A stretch of DNA of 64,000 bases, from the NCBI GenBank assembly GCA_040771805.1, contig JAXGZJ010000001.1:1359961-1423960 (forward strand), in the 5' to 3' direction. The DNA comes from Methanofastidiosum sp. (GTDB lineage: Archaea; Methanobacteriota_B; Thermococci; Methanofastidiosales; Methanofastidiosaceae). The notes beneath the pieces are model-generated. The model was not told where the DNA came from, did no database searches, and saw nothing but the letters and a program-made list of their open reading frames with translations. The translations under genes and the position numbers were made by a program. This document shows positions 28,255 through 38,306 of the stretch, one piece after another (position 1 is the stretch's first letter; every line of letters starts with the position of its first letter).

Positions 28255-28755
28255 ATGGAACATTTAATGGCCGATAAGGCGAAAGATATTCTTGGGATAA
28301 TGAAGGTCTTTTCTATTGACCCTCTTGAAGTTAAAAATTGTAGTTTCCCGGGGCATAAAGGAAGGGATTCTGGGGATAGTAGTATTGGTTTTTTAGAATA
28401 TACTGATGATAAAAATATCTACACCATCCATTCTGTTCATTATTGTAGACAACACAGGAATATATCTATATTAGAAATACAAAAAAGATTAAAAGATAAA
28501 ATTAAAGGCATTACTGAAGATAAAGGCACAGTATTAATAACAAAAATTAAGATAGATCCTGAAAGCTTTCCAGAAAAAGATATTCTTGGTAAAAAGGTTA
28601 GTATTGAAGAAACTACTTCAATTCTTATTAACAAGGGTAATTTAGGATTTTTAATAAATATTTCTGAAGAATCAAAAAATATGACATTGAAGGAAGTTAT
28701 TGATAAAATAATGAATCTAGAAATTGAATTTGATATCGCTTGGGAGGAATTCTAA
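28255..28755 (+). CDS. Hypothetical protein
   Basis: 166 aa. It overlaps the pyk start by 16 nt, which suggests co-transcription. No motif recognised. Confidence 0.4.
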   Translation: MEHLMADKAKDILGIMKVFSIDPLEVKNCSFPGHKGRDSGDSSIGFLEYTDDKNIYTIHSVHYCRQHRNISILEIQKRLKDKIKGITEDKGTVLITKIKIDPESFPEKDILGKKVSIEETTSILINKGNLGFLINISEESKNMTLKEVIDKIMNLEIEFDIAWEEF

Positions 28756-30149
28756 ATTTGAAGAAAACTAAGATAATATGCACAATAGGGCCAAGTGTTT
28801 CAAATTATGAGATGATAGCAAAACTTGTTAACTCTGGAATGGATGTAGCAAGATTAAATTTCTCCCATGGCACCCACTCCGAACATCTCAAGGTGATAAA
28901 AACAATAAGGGAAGTATCTGAAGATACAAACAAAAGAGTGGGTATTCTGCTGGATACCAAAGGCCCCGATATTAGGATTGGAGAGTTCAACAATACAATC
29001 CGTATATTCACGGGACAGGAATATGTATTTTCTTCAAAAAAACAAAATGGTATTATCCAATTACAAAATGATATATCCCAATTTTTGAAATCTGGTGATA
29101 GAGTCTTAATTGATGACGGTACACTAATCTTTACGGTAGTTAAAATTGAAGATGGAAATATTTATCTCAAAGCATTGAATGAAGGATATCTTAGACAAAA
29201 GGTAAGTATAAACATACCTGGGGATGCATATTGTCCTTCCGCCGTTACTAAGAATGATATAGTTGACATCAAATTTGGAGTGAAGAATGATGTAGATTTC
29301 ATTGCACTGTCCTTTGCATCGACTAAAGAGGATATATTGAAAGCTAGAGAGTTAATAAATGGGGAACAATGGATTATATCAAAGGTAGAATCAAATTATG
29401 GAATAAAAAACATAAATGATTTAATAGAATATTCTGAAGGAATAATGGTTGCGAGAGGGGATTTAGGTGTTGAAATTGATCTTTCTAGAATCCCAAGCGT
29501 TCAAAGATCTATAATAGAAAAATGCAATGCCAAAGGTAGACCAGTCATAGTAGCAACTCAAATGTTAAACTCAATGATAGAAAATCCAAGGCCAACTAGG
29601 GCGGAAGTAGAGGATATAGCCAGTGCAATTTACAGTGGTGCTGATGCAGTTATGTTATCAGGTGAAACAGCAATTGGGAAATACCCGATTGAGAGTGTGG
29701 AAATGATGGTAAAAGTGGCCATTGAAACTGAGAAAGAACTTAAACCGAGAACGGATTATGGGCCATCTAAAAGAATTGCAGACGTGATATCTTCTCTTGT
29801 CGCTAAAGCCGTATTACTTTCTGAAGTTAAAGCAATAGTTACTTCAACTAGATCTGGGTATACTGCATGTATGGTGTCTCGACATAAACTGTCTGTACCC
29901 ACCTATGGTATGACAAACAATCCCGCAACTGCCAGAAAGCTCTCTTTAGTTTGGGGTATAAGAGAAGTGCATTTAAACAGAGAGAAAGAGGGGATTTCAG
30001 ACGGAGCCTTTCATGCTGCCAAATATTTAAAAAGTGAAGGATTACAAGATAGTGATCTTTTCATTTTTACAGCAGGAGTTAGTAATTCAAAAAAACAAAG
30101 AACTAATCTGCTAGAAATTAGAGAGATAGGAGAGGTCTTATCTTCTTGA
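28740..30149 (+). CDS. pyk: Pyruvate kinase
   Basis: 469 aa. It reads KTKIICTIGPSVSNYEMIAKLVNSGMDVARLNFSHG and carries MVARGDLGVEI. Confidence 0.85.
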   Translation: MGGILNLKKTKIICTIGPSVSNYEMIAKLVNSGMDVARLNFSHGTHSEHLKVIKTIREVSEDTNKRVGILLDTKGPDIRIGEFNNTIRIFTGQEYVFSSKKQNGIIQLQNDISQFLKSGDRVLIDDGTLIFTVVKIEDGNIYLKALNEGYLRQKVSINIPGDAYCPSAVTKNDIVDIKFGVKNDVDFIALSFASTKEDILKARELINGEQWIISKVESNYGIKNINDLIEYSEGIMVARGDLGVEIDLSRIPSVQRSIIEKCNAKGRPVIVATQMLNSMIENPRPTRAEVEDIASAIYSGADAVMLSGETAIGKYPIESVEMMVKVAIETEKELKPRTDYGPSKRIADVISSLVAKAVLLSEVKAIVTSTRSGYTACMVSRHKLSVPTYGMTNNPATARKLSLVWGIREVHLNREKEGISDGAFHAAKYLKSEGLQDSDLFIFTAGVSNSKKQRTNLLEIREIGEVLSS

Positions 30150-31082
30150 AAGGAGCATTAACGAGATTGTTGCTATTAATCCAGATAATGTTAGCACTAA
30201 AATGGCTTCTTGTAAAGTACTAAAAATTGATTTTTGAGCTTTTAACTGAGGTGTTGTTTGTTCCAGAGTTAGATTTGTATCGTTTGCTTCATTTGTTTTT
30301 AATTCACTTGGAGAGTCCAATTTCACTACTTCTATAGGATTAACAATTAATTTAATTGGAAATTTCAAATAAGTGGATTTGTCATATATATCTTTTATTT
30401 CTAGATTAAGATATATAGTATGCTCTCCAGGGGTATCTGGAATTTCAGTAACTACTATTTCTTTTTTAACTAATGAAATAATTGCACCAACATCTTCGGT
30501 ATAATCTAGATTAAATTTAGATTTATCATATTCCATTATCATATATGAACTCTTAACTGTAGATCCTCTATTGGTAATATAGATCGGTAGTGAATAAGGA
30601 ACTTCTTTTATTTCAAAGCTTCTTTTATCTTTTAAGTCAACTATAGGCGTCCTGACCCCATCAATTCTAAATGGAACTTCTTGTAAAAATCCTTCAGACG
30701 CATAACTACACTTCAAACCTGAACAATATACTTGATAAGAATATTGAGTTGTTACCTTTAATGGATATGTTCCAGGATCAATAGCTTTGACTGTATAACG
30801 AATTCTTTCTATTTTCTTTTCACCTGGCTGTAATTCTCCATAGATAAATTTATTTTTATTAAGTTCAAAATATTCATCTTTTACATAAATATTGATATTT
30901 TTTAAGACATTATTGCTTGCATTGTCAAAAACAATTGAAAATTCTCCACTGTCACCTGAATAAAAAGAAGGTGTTTTTTCGAAGTATATCTTCATTTTCT
31001 CGTTTGGCGCTGTTATCCCAGTGATTGTAAGGAAACTCAACGTTAAAAAACCTATAAATATTATAGTATAGAGTTTTCGCAT
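30138..31082 (-). CDS. Secreted, C-terminally membrane-anchored hypothetical protein (surface-protein-like)
   Basis: 314 aa, with an N-terminal signal peptide, a Thr/Asn-rich linker, and a C-terminal TM with a basic tail (archaeal surface-protein topology). Confidence 0.45.
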   Translation of the reverse strand: MRKLYTIIFIGFLTLSFLTITGITAPNEKMKIYFEKTPSFYSGDSGEFSIVFDNASNNVLKNINIYVKDEYFELNKNKFIYGELQPGEKKIERIRYTVKAIDPGTYPLKVTTQYSYQVYCSGLKCSYASEGFLQEVPFRIDGVRTPIVDLKDKRSFEIKEVPYSLPIYITNRGSTVKSSYMIMEYDKSKFNLDYTEDVGAIISLVKKEIVVTEIPDTPGEHTIYLNLEIKDIYDKSTYLKFPIKLIVNPIEVVKLDSPSELKTNEANDTNLTLEQTTPQLKAQKSIFSTLQEAILVLTLSGLIATISLMLLSRR

Positions 31083-31132
31083 ATAATAAATAGTAAATAG
31101 AATATTTTAAAAGCTTTATTCTTATAAATTAT

Positions 31133-31555
31133 GTGATGGATACAAATATGTTTGAATATTTTGATGTTACTGCAGATATTGGCGTCAAGGTATGGGGAAA
31201 TTCTATTAATGAATTATTTGAAAATGCGGCTATTGCAGTCACAAGTTTAATGATAGATCCAGCTAGATTGAAAAGAAATATAACTAAAGAAATTTTCGTC
31301 GAAGGAAATGATATTCCTTCCCTTTTAATCAATTGGATTACGGAACTTTTAATAATCAGAGATAGTGAAGCGATTCTGTTTTCATCTTTTAAAGTGAATG
31401 TTTCAAGTGATGGAAGAACTCTAACCGCTAAAATTCTGGGGGACCATATTATTGGAAGTACTATAGAAATGGATATAAAAGCAATAACATATTCTCTCTT
31501 TGAATTAAAAGAGTTAGATAACAGCTTCCATGTGCAATTTGTTCTCGATATATAA
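31133..31555 (+). CDS. Archease
   Basis: 140 aa. It reads FEYFDVTADIGVKVWGNSINELFENAAIAVTSLMI, matching the archease family. The likely true start is the ATG at 31148. Confidence 0.6.
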   Translation: MMDTNMFEYFDVTADIGVKVWGNSINELFENAAIAVTSLMIDPARLKRNITKEIFVEGNDIPSLLINWITELLIIRDSEAILFSSFKVNVSSDGRTLTAKILGDHIIGSTIEMDIKAITYSLFELKELDNSFHVQFVLDI

Positions 31556-31625
31556 AAAGTGCACATTCAATAAGAAGATTAGATATGCCAATTTATAACG
31601 ATTTATTATAATAAATCTATAATGT

Positions 31626-32189
31626 ATGAAAAAATTTATATATGTAGAACTCAAATATAAAAATGGCGATATTATGGTTGAACTAATAAAAAAAATGCTA
31701 GTTCCAGTAGATGGTTCTAAAGCTTCTGAAAAAGCGGTAGAATATGCATCATGGGTAGCTAGTAAAACAGGAGCAAATGTAACTATAATACATGTGCTGG
31801 ATGTAGATAAGTTACAGATGAATTATGAGGCAATGGATAGATTTTTGCCTGATTGGAAAGATAAGATAAAAGGAACAGATGATATAAAGAGGTACTCTCC
31901 TTTCTTCGAAAATCAGCTATCTTGCATGATGGACGATCCAATATGCAAAAGAGGAAATAATATACTAAAGGAAATGGAAAAACTTGCAGCAAAGAATGGA
32001 ATGAAAGTAAAAACAATGCTTAAACTTGGAAGAGTTGTTGACACAATAGTACAGATTGCAGATGAAGAAAACTTTGATCATATAGTTGTAGGTAAGACTG
32101 GGCTCACAGGAATCCGAAGATTAGTTATAGGCCATGTTGCAGAAGATGTTGCAAAATATGCTTCAGTTAGAGTAACAGTAGTTCCTTAA
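31626..32189 (+). CDS. Universal stress protein (UspA family)
   Basis: 187 aa. It reads MLVPVDGSKASEKAVEYA...TIIHV...HIVVGKTGLTGIRRLVIGHVAEDVAKYASVRVTVVP. The start may be the internal Met (MVELIKKMLVP). Confidence 0.7.
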   Translation: MKKFIYVELKYKNGDIMVELIKKMLVPVDGSKASEKAVEYASWVASKTGANVTIIHVLDVDKLQMNYEAMDRFLPDWKDKIKGTDDIKRYSPFFENQLSCMMDDPICKRGNNILKEMEKLAAKNGMKVKTMLKLGRVVDTIVQIADEENFDHIVVGKTGLTGIRRLVIGHVAEDVAKYASVRVTVVP

Positions 32190-32284
32190 ACATAGTAATT
32201 TAATTTTTTTATTTTTATACTATTCTGTTAATTTTGTATAATAAAAAGGATAAGTTTTTTAATAGAGAAATAAATTTATAATAT

Positions 32285-32713
32285 ATGCCTCGAGCTAGGA
32301 AAAAAAGATGTATTTATGTAGATACCTATACCCGTTACTTTAAACCTCGTGGAGTACCATTAGAACAACTAGATATTGTTAGGCTTACTTTTGAAGAACT
32401 TGAGGCAATTAGACTCAAGGATTTAGTTGGATTGGAACAAATAGAAGCTTCTGAAAAAATGGGAATTTCCCAGCCAACTTTTCATAGGATACTAAAAGAA
32501 GCCAGGAATAAAGTATCAGACGCTCTCGTTAATTCTAAAGCTATCGAGATATTTGGCGGGGATTATGAAATCGGCATTACACAATTTAAATGTCAAAATT
32601 GTAATCATATATGGGAGTTGGATGCTAGTTCAAAGATTGATAGAAAATGCCCAAATTGCAATAGGGAAAAAATTATTAATCTCATGAGTAATATGTACAA
32701 TTGTAAAAAATAG
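32285..32713 (+). CDS. DUF134/UPF0251 family putative DNA-binding protein fused to a C-terminal zinc ribbon
   Basis: 142 aa. It reads MPRARKKRCIY...FKPRGVPL...LTFEELEAIRLKDLVGLEQIEASEKMGISQPTFHRILKEARNKVSDALVNSKAI. The C-terminus carries CQNC...CPNC. Confidence 0.6.
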   Translation: MPRARKKRCIYVDTYTRYFKPRGVPLEQLDIVRLTFEELEAIRLKDLVGLEQIEASEKMGISQPTFHRILKEARNKVSDALVNSKAIEIFGGDYEIGITQFKCQNCNHIWELDASSKIDRKCPNCNREKIINLMSNMYNCKK

Positions 32714-32763
32714 GAAAAATAGTTAACTGTATAACTCTCTCCAATAAGATTTAGAGGAATATT

Positions 32764-33129
32764 ATGAAAATTGCAATACCAACAGATTTAGAAGGCGGAC
32801 TTTCAGACACTGTTTTCAATCATTTTGGTATGGCCCCTACATATACTATCGTAGAGATAGTTGATAATAAAATCAAAAGTATAGAGGTCCTAAAAAATAC
32901 AAGTGATCACTTTGGTGGATCTGAGAGTCTCATAGACTTGTTTTTCAGAAAAAATGTTGGGATTATAATCTGTTCAAATTTAGGGCCGCATGCTATGGAA
33001 GCTCTTAGAAGTCAAGGATTTGATATTTTCTTCACTAAAAGAGAAAAAATTGAAGACGTTATTAGTAAATTTATCAAAGGCGAATTAGAAAGATTTTCAA
33101 ACGGAAAAGCATCCTGTAATGCCCAATAA
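32764..33129 (+). CDS. Dinitrogenase FeMo-cofactor-binding domain protein (NifX/NifB-C-terminal-like)
   Basis: 121 aa. It begins MKIAIPTDLEGGLSDTVFNHFGMAPTYTIVEI. This family is commonly encoded next to DUF134 genes in archaea. Confidence 0.55.
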   Translation: MKIAIPTDLEGGLSDTVFNHFGMAPTYTIVEIVDNKIKSIEVLKNTSDHFGGSESLIDLFFRKNVGIIICSNLGPHAMEALRSQGFDIFFTKREKIEDVISKFIKGELERFSNGKASCNAQ

Positions 33130-33131
33130 TA

Positions 33132-33746
33132 TCATTCAAATTTGTAGTTTTTTATCTTTTTAATCCAGTAGTTTGAATAAAGCGCACCTATTGGATTATG
33201 AGCTAAAATCCTATCCTTGACTATAAGAACTGTAGTGGGAGCCTTTGAATATTTGATAAATAGAGAATCATGGCCTACACACAATCCTACGACAATATTG
33301 AATTCGGTACCTTCTTTTTCTAGTAATTTAGCCTGGCCTATAGGATTGCATGCAGATTCACTTAAATTGTTAGATAAAGTTTTAACTACACCGAAGTCAC
33401 CTTTACCAATTCCGTGAGCTTTACAAATAGCAAGAGATACTTCAAATCCCTTTTCTTGAAGCAAATCGGTCAGGATCTGAGATTCATTTTTTAGCCCTAT
33501 ACAAGATGCAATACCAAGTTTTTTGTAATTCATTCTTTTTGAAAATTCAATTAACTCCAATACCCGTGGGAGTTTCATATATGCATCTACTTCAAGTTCA
33601 GTTGAAGTTATGTAAAAATTACTATTTTCTTCTTTTTTTATTTCATTTTCTGCATAGATTCGGATATCCTTACCATAACAATTTATTCCTTCCTTACAGA
33701 AGGAATCTTCACAATCATTACATCTCATAGAAAAAGTAAATATCAA
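33132..33746 (-). CDS. Cysteine-rich putative metal-binding protein (DUF1847-like)
   Basis: 204 aa. The N-terminal Cys cluster reads CNDCEDSFCKEGINCYG, with additional conserved Cys/His (CIGL, CKAHG, CVGHD). Confidence 0.35.
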   Translation of the reverse strand: MIFTFSMRCNDCEDSFCKEGINCYGKDIRIYAENEIKKEENSNFYITSTELEVDAYMKLPRVLELIEFSKRMNYKKLGIASCIGLKNESQILTDLLQEKGFEVSLAICKAHGIGKGDFGVVKTLSNNLSESACNPIGQAKLLEKEGTEFNIVVGLCVGHDSLFIKYSKAPTTVLIVKDRILAHNPIGALYSNYWIKKIKNYKFE

Positions 33747-33762
33747 TAGTTTAAAAAGATAA

Positions 33763-34734
33763 TTATTTTATCCCAGTTATAATGTCTGTTTTAAAGTCAA
33801 ATAGTGTTTTTTTCTCATTTTTATCTTGTATAGTCATAGTATTACCATTAGTAACTTTCCCTACAATTTTAGCTTCTATTTTTTGCTTTTTAAAAAGAGA
33901 TAATATCTTATCAGAGTTTTCAGGTGCAGATGTCAATGTAAATCCATATCCTGGATAAATTTTTAACCAGTCTATAAAATCTATATTTTCAGGTCTTTGT
34001 ATTTCTTCAATGTCAATTACCGCTCCCTTTCGTGATGTTTCAAGAAGCATTCCAATTGTGCCTAATATACCAGGATTAGATATATCTTTAGCTGCAAAGG
34101 AAAGTTCCCTTTCTGCAATTTCATTCATTATGCTAAGTTTAGATAAACATTCTTCGGATGATTTATTTAGAGTGGTATCCCAATTAAGAAAATTATTATA
34201 CTGCCTGCCATCCATATCCATTGCCAAGATAATATCTTCACCTTCTTTTGCAGAAAAACTTGAGAGTATTTTTGATGCATTTCCCATTATTGAAACAGAT
34301 ACAGTAGTAGACTGGGTATCTGGGTGGAGGTGTCCTCCCACCATTGGAACTTTAAATTTATCACAACCAGTTTTAATTCCTTCAAGTAAGCTTTTACAAT
34401 TATCCGTCTTTTTTAAAGACATAATATTAACCATAGCAATAGGCTTACCTCCCATTGCATAAATGTCGTTGACATTTACAAGCACAGCACAATATCCTGC
34501 CCAAAAAAGATCATTTAATAAATTTGCCCATATCCCATCTGCAGCTAAAAGCAAATAATTGTTGCCATATTTTAAAACTGCAGCATCATCGCCGAAATCA
34601 ATAACAGTGTTTCCATAATTAGAAAATGGTTTAAATTGATTAATTAGGTATTTAATAGGATTTTTTCTTTTAACACCTTCGTAATTTCTAATTTCTTGAA
34701 CAATTCTATTTAGATCTGTCATACATTTCAACAT
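33763..34734 (-). CDS. AIR-synthase-related (PurM-like superfamily) protein; ThiL/HypE-like
   Basis: 323 aa. It reads DFGDDAAVL...AVLVNVNDIYAMGGKP...VGGHLHPD, matching the PurM-like N- and C-domain pattern. Confidence 0.5.
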   Translation of the reverse strand: MLKCMTDLNRIVQEIRNYEGVKRKNPIKYLINQFKPFSNYGNTVIDFGDDAAVLKYGNNYLLLAADGIWANLLNDLFWAGYCAVLVNVNDIYAMGGKPIAMVNIMSLKKTDNCKSLLEGIKTGCDKFKVPMVGGHLHPDTQSTTVSVSIMGNASKILSSFSAKEGEDIILAMDMDGRQYNNFLNWDTTLNKSSEECLSKLSIMNEIAERELSFAAKDISNPGILGTIGMLLETSRKGAVIDIEEIQRPENIDFIDWLKIYPGYGFTLTSAPENSDKILSLFKKQKIEAKIVGKVTNGNTMTIQDKNEKKTLFDFKTDIITGIK

Positions 34735-34766
34735 GCGGTTAAAGGATAGATTATTTATAAAAGTTT

Positions 34767-35279
34767 TTATTTTATGATACTTTCCATAAATTTCCTAATC
34801 TCAGTCGGTGTAGAAGATTCAAGGCCATATATTTCAGAAAATTTTGAAGTTGTTTTTAGCATTTTAGTTTTTCCACATGGTTCAGCGTCAACTAGGCCTG
34901 CTTCAACTAAGGATTTGACATGTTCATAACATTGACTTCCCCTATATTTTACTAAATCAGATTTTTTTAATGGTTGTTTGTATGCAATAATAGCTAATGT
35001 CTTTAAAACAGCCCCTCTTATCTCTGATTTAGGGGCAAAATCTGCAGTTAACAAGGAAAACTCGTTTTTTACCTGCATTGTATACCTATCCTCAACGGCC
35101 CGTATAACTTCTATAGCGCTACCTCTATCCCGATAATCTTTTGAAAGACTTTCAATCAATCCCTCTACATAATCTCTTTCTTTTATACCTAGTTTTTTTA
35201 GTAATTTAGAAATCGGAACAGGCTCACCAGATATGAAAAGAATTGCTTCAATTGATGCTTTGTCTTTTGATATATCCAT
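34767..35279 (-). CDS. scpB: Segregation and condensation protein B-like (ScpB) winged-helix protein
   Basis: 170 aa. It reads IEAILFISGEPVPISKLLKKLG and has a second wH in the C-terminal half. Confidence 0.5.
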   Translation of the reverse strand: MDISKDKASIEAILFISGEPVPISKLLKKLGIKERDYVEGLIESLSKDYRDRGSAIEVIRAVEDRYTMQVKNEFSLLTADFAPKSEIRGAVLKTLAIIAYKQPLKKSDLVKYRGSQCYEHVKSLVEAGLVDAEPCGKTKMLKTTSKFSEIYGLESSTPTEIRKFMESIIK

Positions 35280-35392
35280 ATATCTCCTAATATTGTTTAC
35301 ATTTAAATGGTTTACACGTCAAATAATAGTAAAAACAAAAATAAATTAGAAACTTTTTTAATGTTCAAAGAAATGTCAAATTAGGTGAGGGA

Positions 35393-36667
35393 ATGGATTT
35401 GGAAGAAATAGTCGATAAAACAATGAAATTTATACATTCTGAAGGGGAAGTATTTGCCCAAAAAATAAAAGTTATTTCTTATGATATAGAAAAAAGCAAT
35501 ATTGAGATTGGTGAGGAAAAAGAGACAATTGGGATTGGAGTAAGAATAATTGAGGGAAAAAAGCAGGGATTTTCATTTACAAATAATCTTAATAGTTTAG
35601 AAGATTGCGTTAAGACAGCGTATAAAGTTCTTAAAGTGTCTAGGGATAAAGAAGATTTCATTAGTCTTCCCACTCCAACTACAATTAAAGAGAGAAAATT
35701 AGTAGACAAGTCTTTGTATGATATAACTTCTAACGATTTAATGGAATTCTCAGTAGACATGATTAAAGGATGTAAAGAAAAAAATGGAATTCCTTCTTCG
35801 GGAAGTACTAATCTTACATTCTATGAAGAGTCAATTTCGTCGACAACAGGAATTTCTTTACATCAAAAGTATGCGACTCTTTTTGGGTACCTCTCTTCCA
35901 TTTATAAAAATGAGGATGTATCTACTGGTTTTGATTATAATATTATGAGAAAAAAATTCAATTTTGCTCCAATTGGGGAATTAGCTGCATTGAAAGCAAA
36001 AGAAACGAGTAATGCAAAAAAGATCCGTTCTATGCATTGTGACGTAATATTGGGGCCTGAAGCGATTTCTTCATTATTATCAAATACATTTATACCTCAT
36101 CTTTTTGCGGAAAGTGTTGACAAAAATAAAAGTTTTTTAAAGGAAAAAATAGGCAAAAGGATAACAAATCTTACAGTGATAGATGATGGTACACTTGAGT
36201 ATGGTGTTGCTTCTACAAATTTTGATGGAGATGGTAACCCTACAAAAAGAAACATAGTCATAGACAATGGTATATTGAAAAAATATCTTTATGACGATTT
36301 TTATGCAAAAAAATATGGAATTGAATCTACAGGTAATGCAGAGAGAAATTATAACTCCCTTCCCTCAATTGGCATTACTAATTTCATAATTGAAGGAGAG
36401 CCATTAGAAGGAATACAAGAAGGATTTATTATAAATGAATTAAGAGGCGCACATACAGCAAATCCAATTTCTGGAGATTTTTCCGTAGAAATATCAAGTG
36501 GATTTTACATTAGTAATGAGGAAAAACAGCATCCAATCAAACATGGAATGATGGTGGGAAATATTTTTGAATTCTTAAATAAAGTTAAAGGAATATATGG
36601 GCAAGTAAAAAATACGGGCGGTATAATTACTCCTTCAATTATATCAGAAGCGAGGGTAGTCGGATGA
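35393..36667 (+). CDS. TldD/PmbA family protein
   Basis: 424 aa. It shows the family pattern (GIGVRIIEGKKQGFSFTNNL ... C-terminal GG..TPS). It overlaps the next gene by 4 nt. Confidence 0.6.
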   Translation: MDLEEIVDKTMKFIHSEGEVFAQKIKVISYDIEKSNIEIGEEKETIGIGVRIIEGKKQGFSFTNNLNSLEDCVKTAYKVLKVSRDKEDFISLPTPTTIKERKLVDKSLYDITSNDLMEFSVDMIKGCKEKNGIPSSGSTNLTFYEESISSTTGISLHQKYATLFGYLSSIYKNEDVSTGFDYNIMRKKFNFAPIGELAALKAKETSNAKKIRSMHCDVILGPEAISSLLSNTFIPHLFAESVDKNKSFLKEKIGKRITNLTVIDDGTLEYGVASTNFDGDGNPTKRNIVIDNGILKKYLYDDFYAKKYGIESTGNAERNYNSLPSIGITNFIIEGEPLEGIQEGFIINELRGAHTANPISGDFSVEISSGFYISNEEKQHPIKHGMMVGNIFEFLNKVKGIYGQVKNTGGIITPSIISEARVVG

Positions 36668-37191
36668 TAGGAATAGTCGGTATGCCAGGTTCTGGAAAAA
36701 GCGAATTTGTTAACATTGCACTTACTTTAGGGTATAGATTCATCTCGATGGGAGATATTGTAAGGGAAGAAACTGTAAGAAAAGGATATCCGTTAGAAGA
36801 AAGTGGAAAAGTTGCTCAGAAACTTAGAGATGAAAACGGGCTTGATATCATAGCTATTTTGACTTTAGACAAAATAAGGAAGATTCATGACAATAAATTT
36901 TTGATTGAGGGCATACGGGGAATAAAAGAAATTGAAAGATTTAGAATGGAAATGGATTTTTTTTTAATTGGTATACACTGTTCGCCTAAAATCAGATTTG
37001 AAAGATTGAAAAATAGAAAACGAGACGATGATTATCAAACTTATGAAGAGTTCTATACTAGAGATCTAAGGGAGCTTTCGTGGGGGTTAGGTGAAGCATT
37101 GGCCCTATCTGATGTTATTATTAACAACAACAGCACTTTAGAAGATTTTAAGGAAAATATCTATGCGGTGATTAAAAATTATGAGCTTTAG
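36664..37191 (+). CDS. UPF0200-type P-loop nucleotide kinase (dephospho-CoA-kinase-like fold)
   Basis: 175 aa. It begins MIGIVGMPGSGKSEF...FISMGDIVREE. Confidence 0.55.
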   Translation: MIGIVGMPGSGKSEFVNIALTLGYRFISMGDIVREETVRKGYPLEESGKVAQKLRDENGLDIIAILTLDKIRKIHDNKFLIEGIRGIKEIERFRMEMDFFLIGIHCSPKIRFERLKNRKRDDDYQTYEEFYTRDLRELSWGLGEALALSDVIINNNSTLEDFKENIYAVIKNYEL

Positions 37192-37558
37192 ATTAGAAGT
37201 CTCTGCAGATGTAAAGAAAACTGAAGACCCGGAAAAAGTAAAGATATCAATAACTAATATATTTCCGGATATCAATATAGAAAAAAATAAGGATATAGTT
37301 ATCGGATATTCTGAAGACGAAAATGTCCTTTCAAGGTTCATCGAATTAATACATTCTGATGCTATAAGGGATAGTGTCAATATGATATTAAAAGAAGGTA
37401 TCCATGAATTAAACATATCCTTTTTGATGAATAAACAAGCTGCGTTTGCGGGCAGAGTAAATTTATCAAAATTATCCCCACTTGGCTCAATAAGAGTAAA
37501 AATATACGTAGAAAATCCATATGAATTTATAGATAAAATAGCGCCTAAGACAATTTGA
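37181..37558 (+). CDS. UPF0201-type small conserved archaeal protein (predicted RNA-binding)
   Basis: 125 aa. It overlaps the UPF0200 gene by 11 nt. The UPF0200/UPF0201 pairing is conserved in archaea. The antisense ORF 37138-37596 is rejected. Confidence 0.4.
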   Translation: MSFRLEVSADVKKTEDPEKVKISITNIFPDINIEKNKDIVIGYSEDENVLSRFIELIHSDAIRDSVNMILKEGIHELNISFLMNKQAAFAGRVNLSKLSPLGSIRVKIYVENPYEFIDKIAPKTI

Positions 37559-37577
37559 TTTTTAATAGTTTTGTAAT

Positions 37578-38306
37578 CTACTTTTTGTGATTCCACTCTT
37601 TTGAGTTATATTTTTCATAGGCCAATTTTTTTGCAAGAGAAAGCTCTTCTTTAGAAAGTTTACCTTTGTTTGATTTTCCATAAATTTCTTCAAATCCTTT
37701 TTTTAAATTTTTGATTAATTCTTTTTTGTCAATACTGTATCCTTCCTTAGAAAGAGTTGTAATCCTCTTTCTTATTTCCATTTTTTGATTGGATACCCTA
37801 AGAGCTTTTTCCATTAATTCAATATTTGTATTAAACATAAGAGTTCCATGTTGTAGGATAATCCCATTTTTTCTAGTTTGGGCCGAGCCAGATATTTTTT
37901 TTGAGTTGAGGGTAAGATCATTAAGAGGTTTGAATTCAACGTTTATACCCATATTCTTCAACCCTTTTATGACTCCCCCATAAATAAATTCAAATGAATC
38001 AAGGATATTATAAGGAGATTTTTTTTCAGACACTATAACAGAATAAGTTACTTCCCCCATATAGTCATGAAAAACATTCCCTCCCCCTGTTATTCTTCTA
38101 ACATAGTCAATGTCATTTCTAAGACAATAATCTATATCAATTGAAGAATTTAGTCTTTGAAAATAACCAATTGAGATGCATGAAGGAAAAAAAGAATAAA
38201 ATCTAAATGTGTCTTCCACTTTATCTTCGATCCTTAATAATAGTAACGCCTCATCCAAACCCATTGAAAGATATCCATTTTCTTTCCTATAAGGTAAATA
38301 TCTCAT
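37578..38306 (-). CDS. lplA: Lipoate-protein ligase A, catalytic domain (BPL/LplA/LipB family)
   Basis: 242 aa. It reads RRITGGGNVFHD and has a conserved Lys region near KKISGSAQ. Confidence 0.7.
   Translation of the reverse strand: MRYLPYRKENGYLSMGLDEALLLLRIEDKVEDTFRFYSFFPSCISIGYFQRLNSSIDIDYCLRNDIDYVRRITGGGNVFHDYMGEVTYSVIVSEKKSPYNILDSFEFIYGGVIKGLKNMGINVEFKPLNDLTLNSKKISGSAQTRKNGIILQHGTLMFNTNIELMEKALRVSNQKMEIRKRITTLSKEGYSIDKKELIKNLKKGFEEIYGKSNKGKLSKEELSLAKKLAYEKYNSKEWNHKK

Noticed and set aside
31129-31566. Minus-strand 145 aa ORF
   Set aside because: It is exactly antisense to the archease gene, which has clear family motifs.
37138-37596. Minus-strand 152 aa ORF
   Set aside because: It is antisense to the UPF0201 gene, which sits in a conserved operon context with translational coupling.
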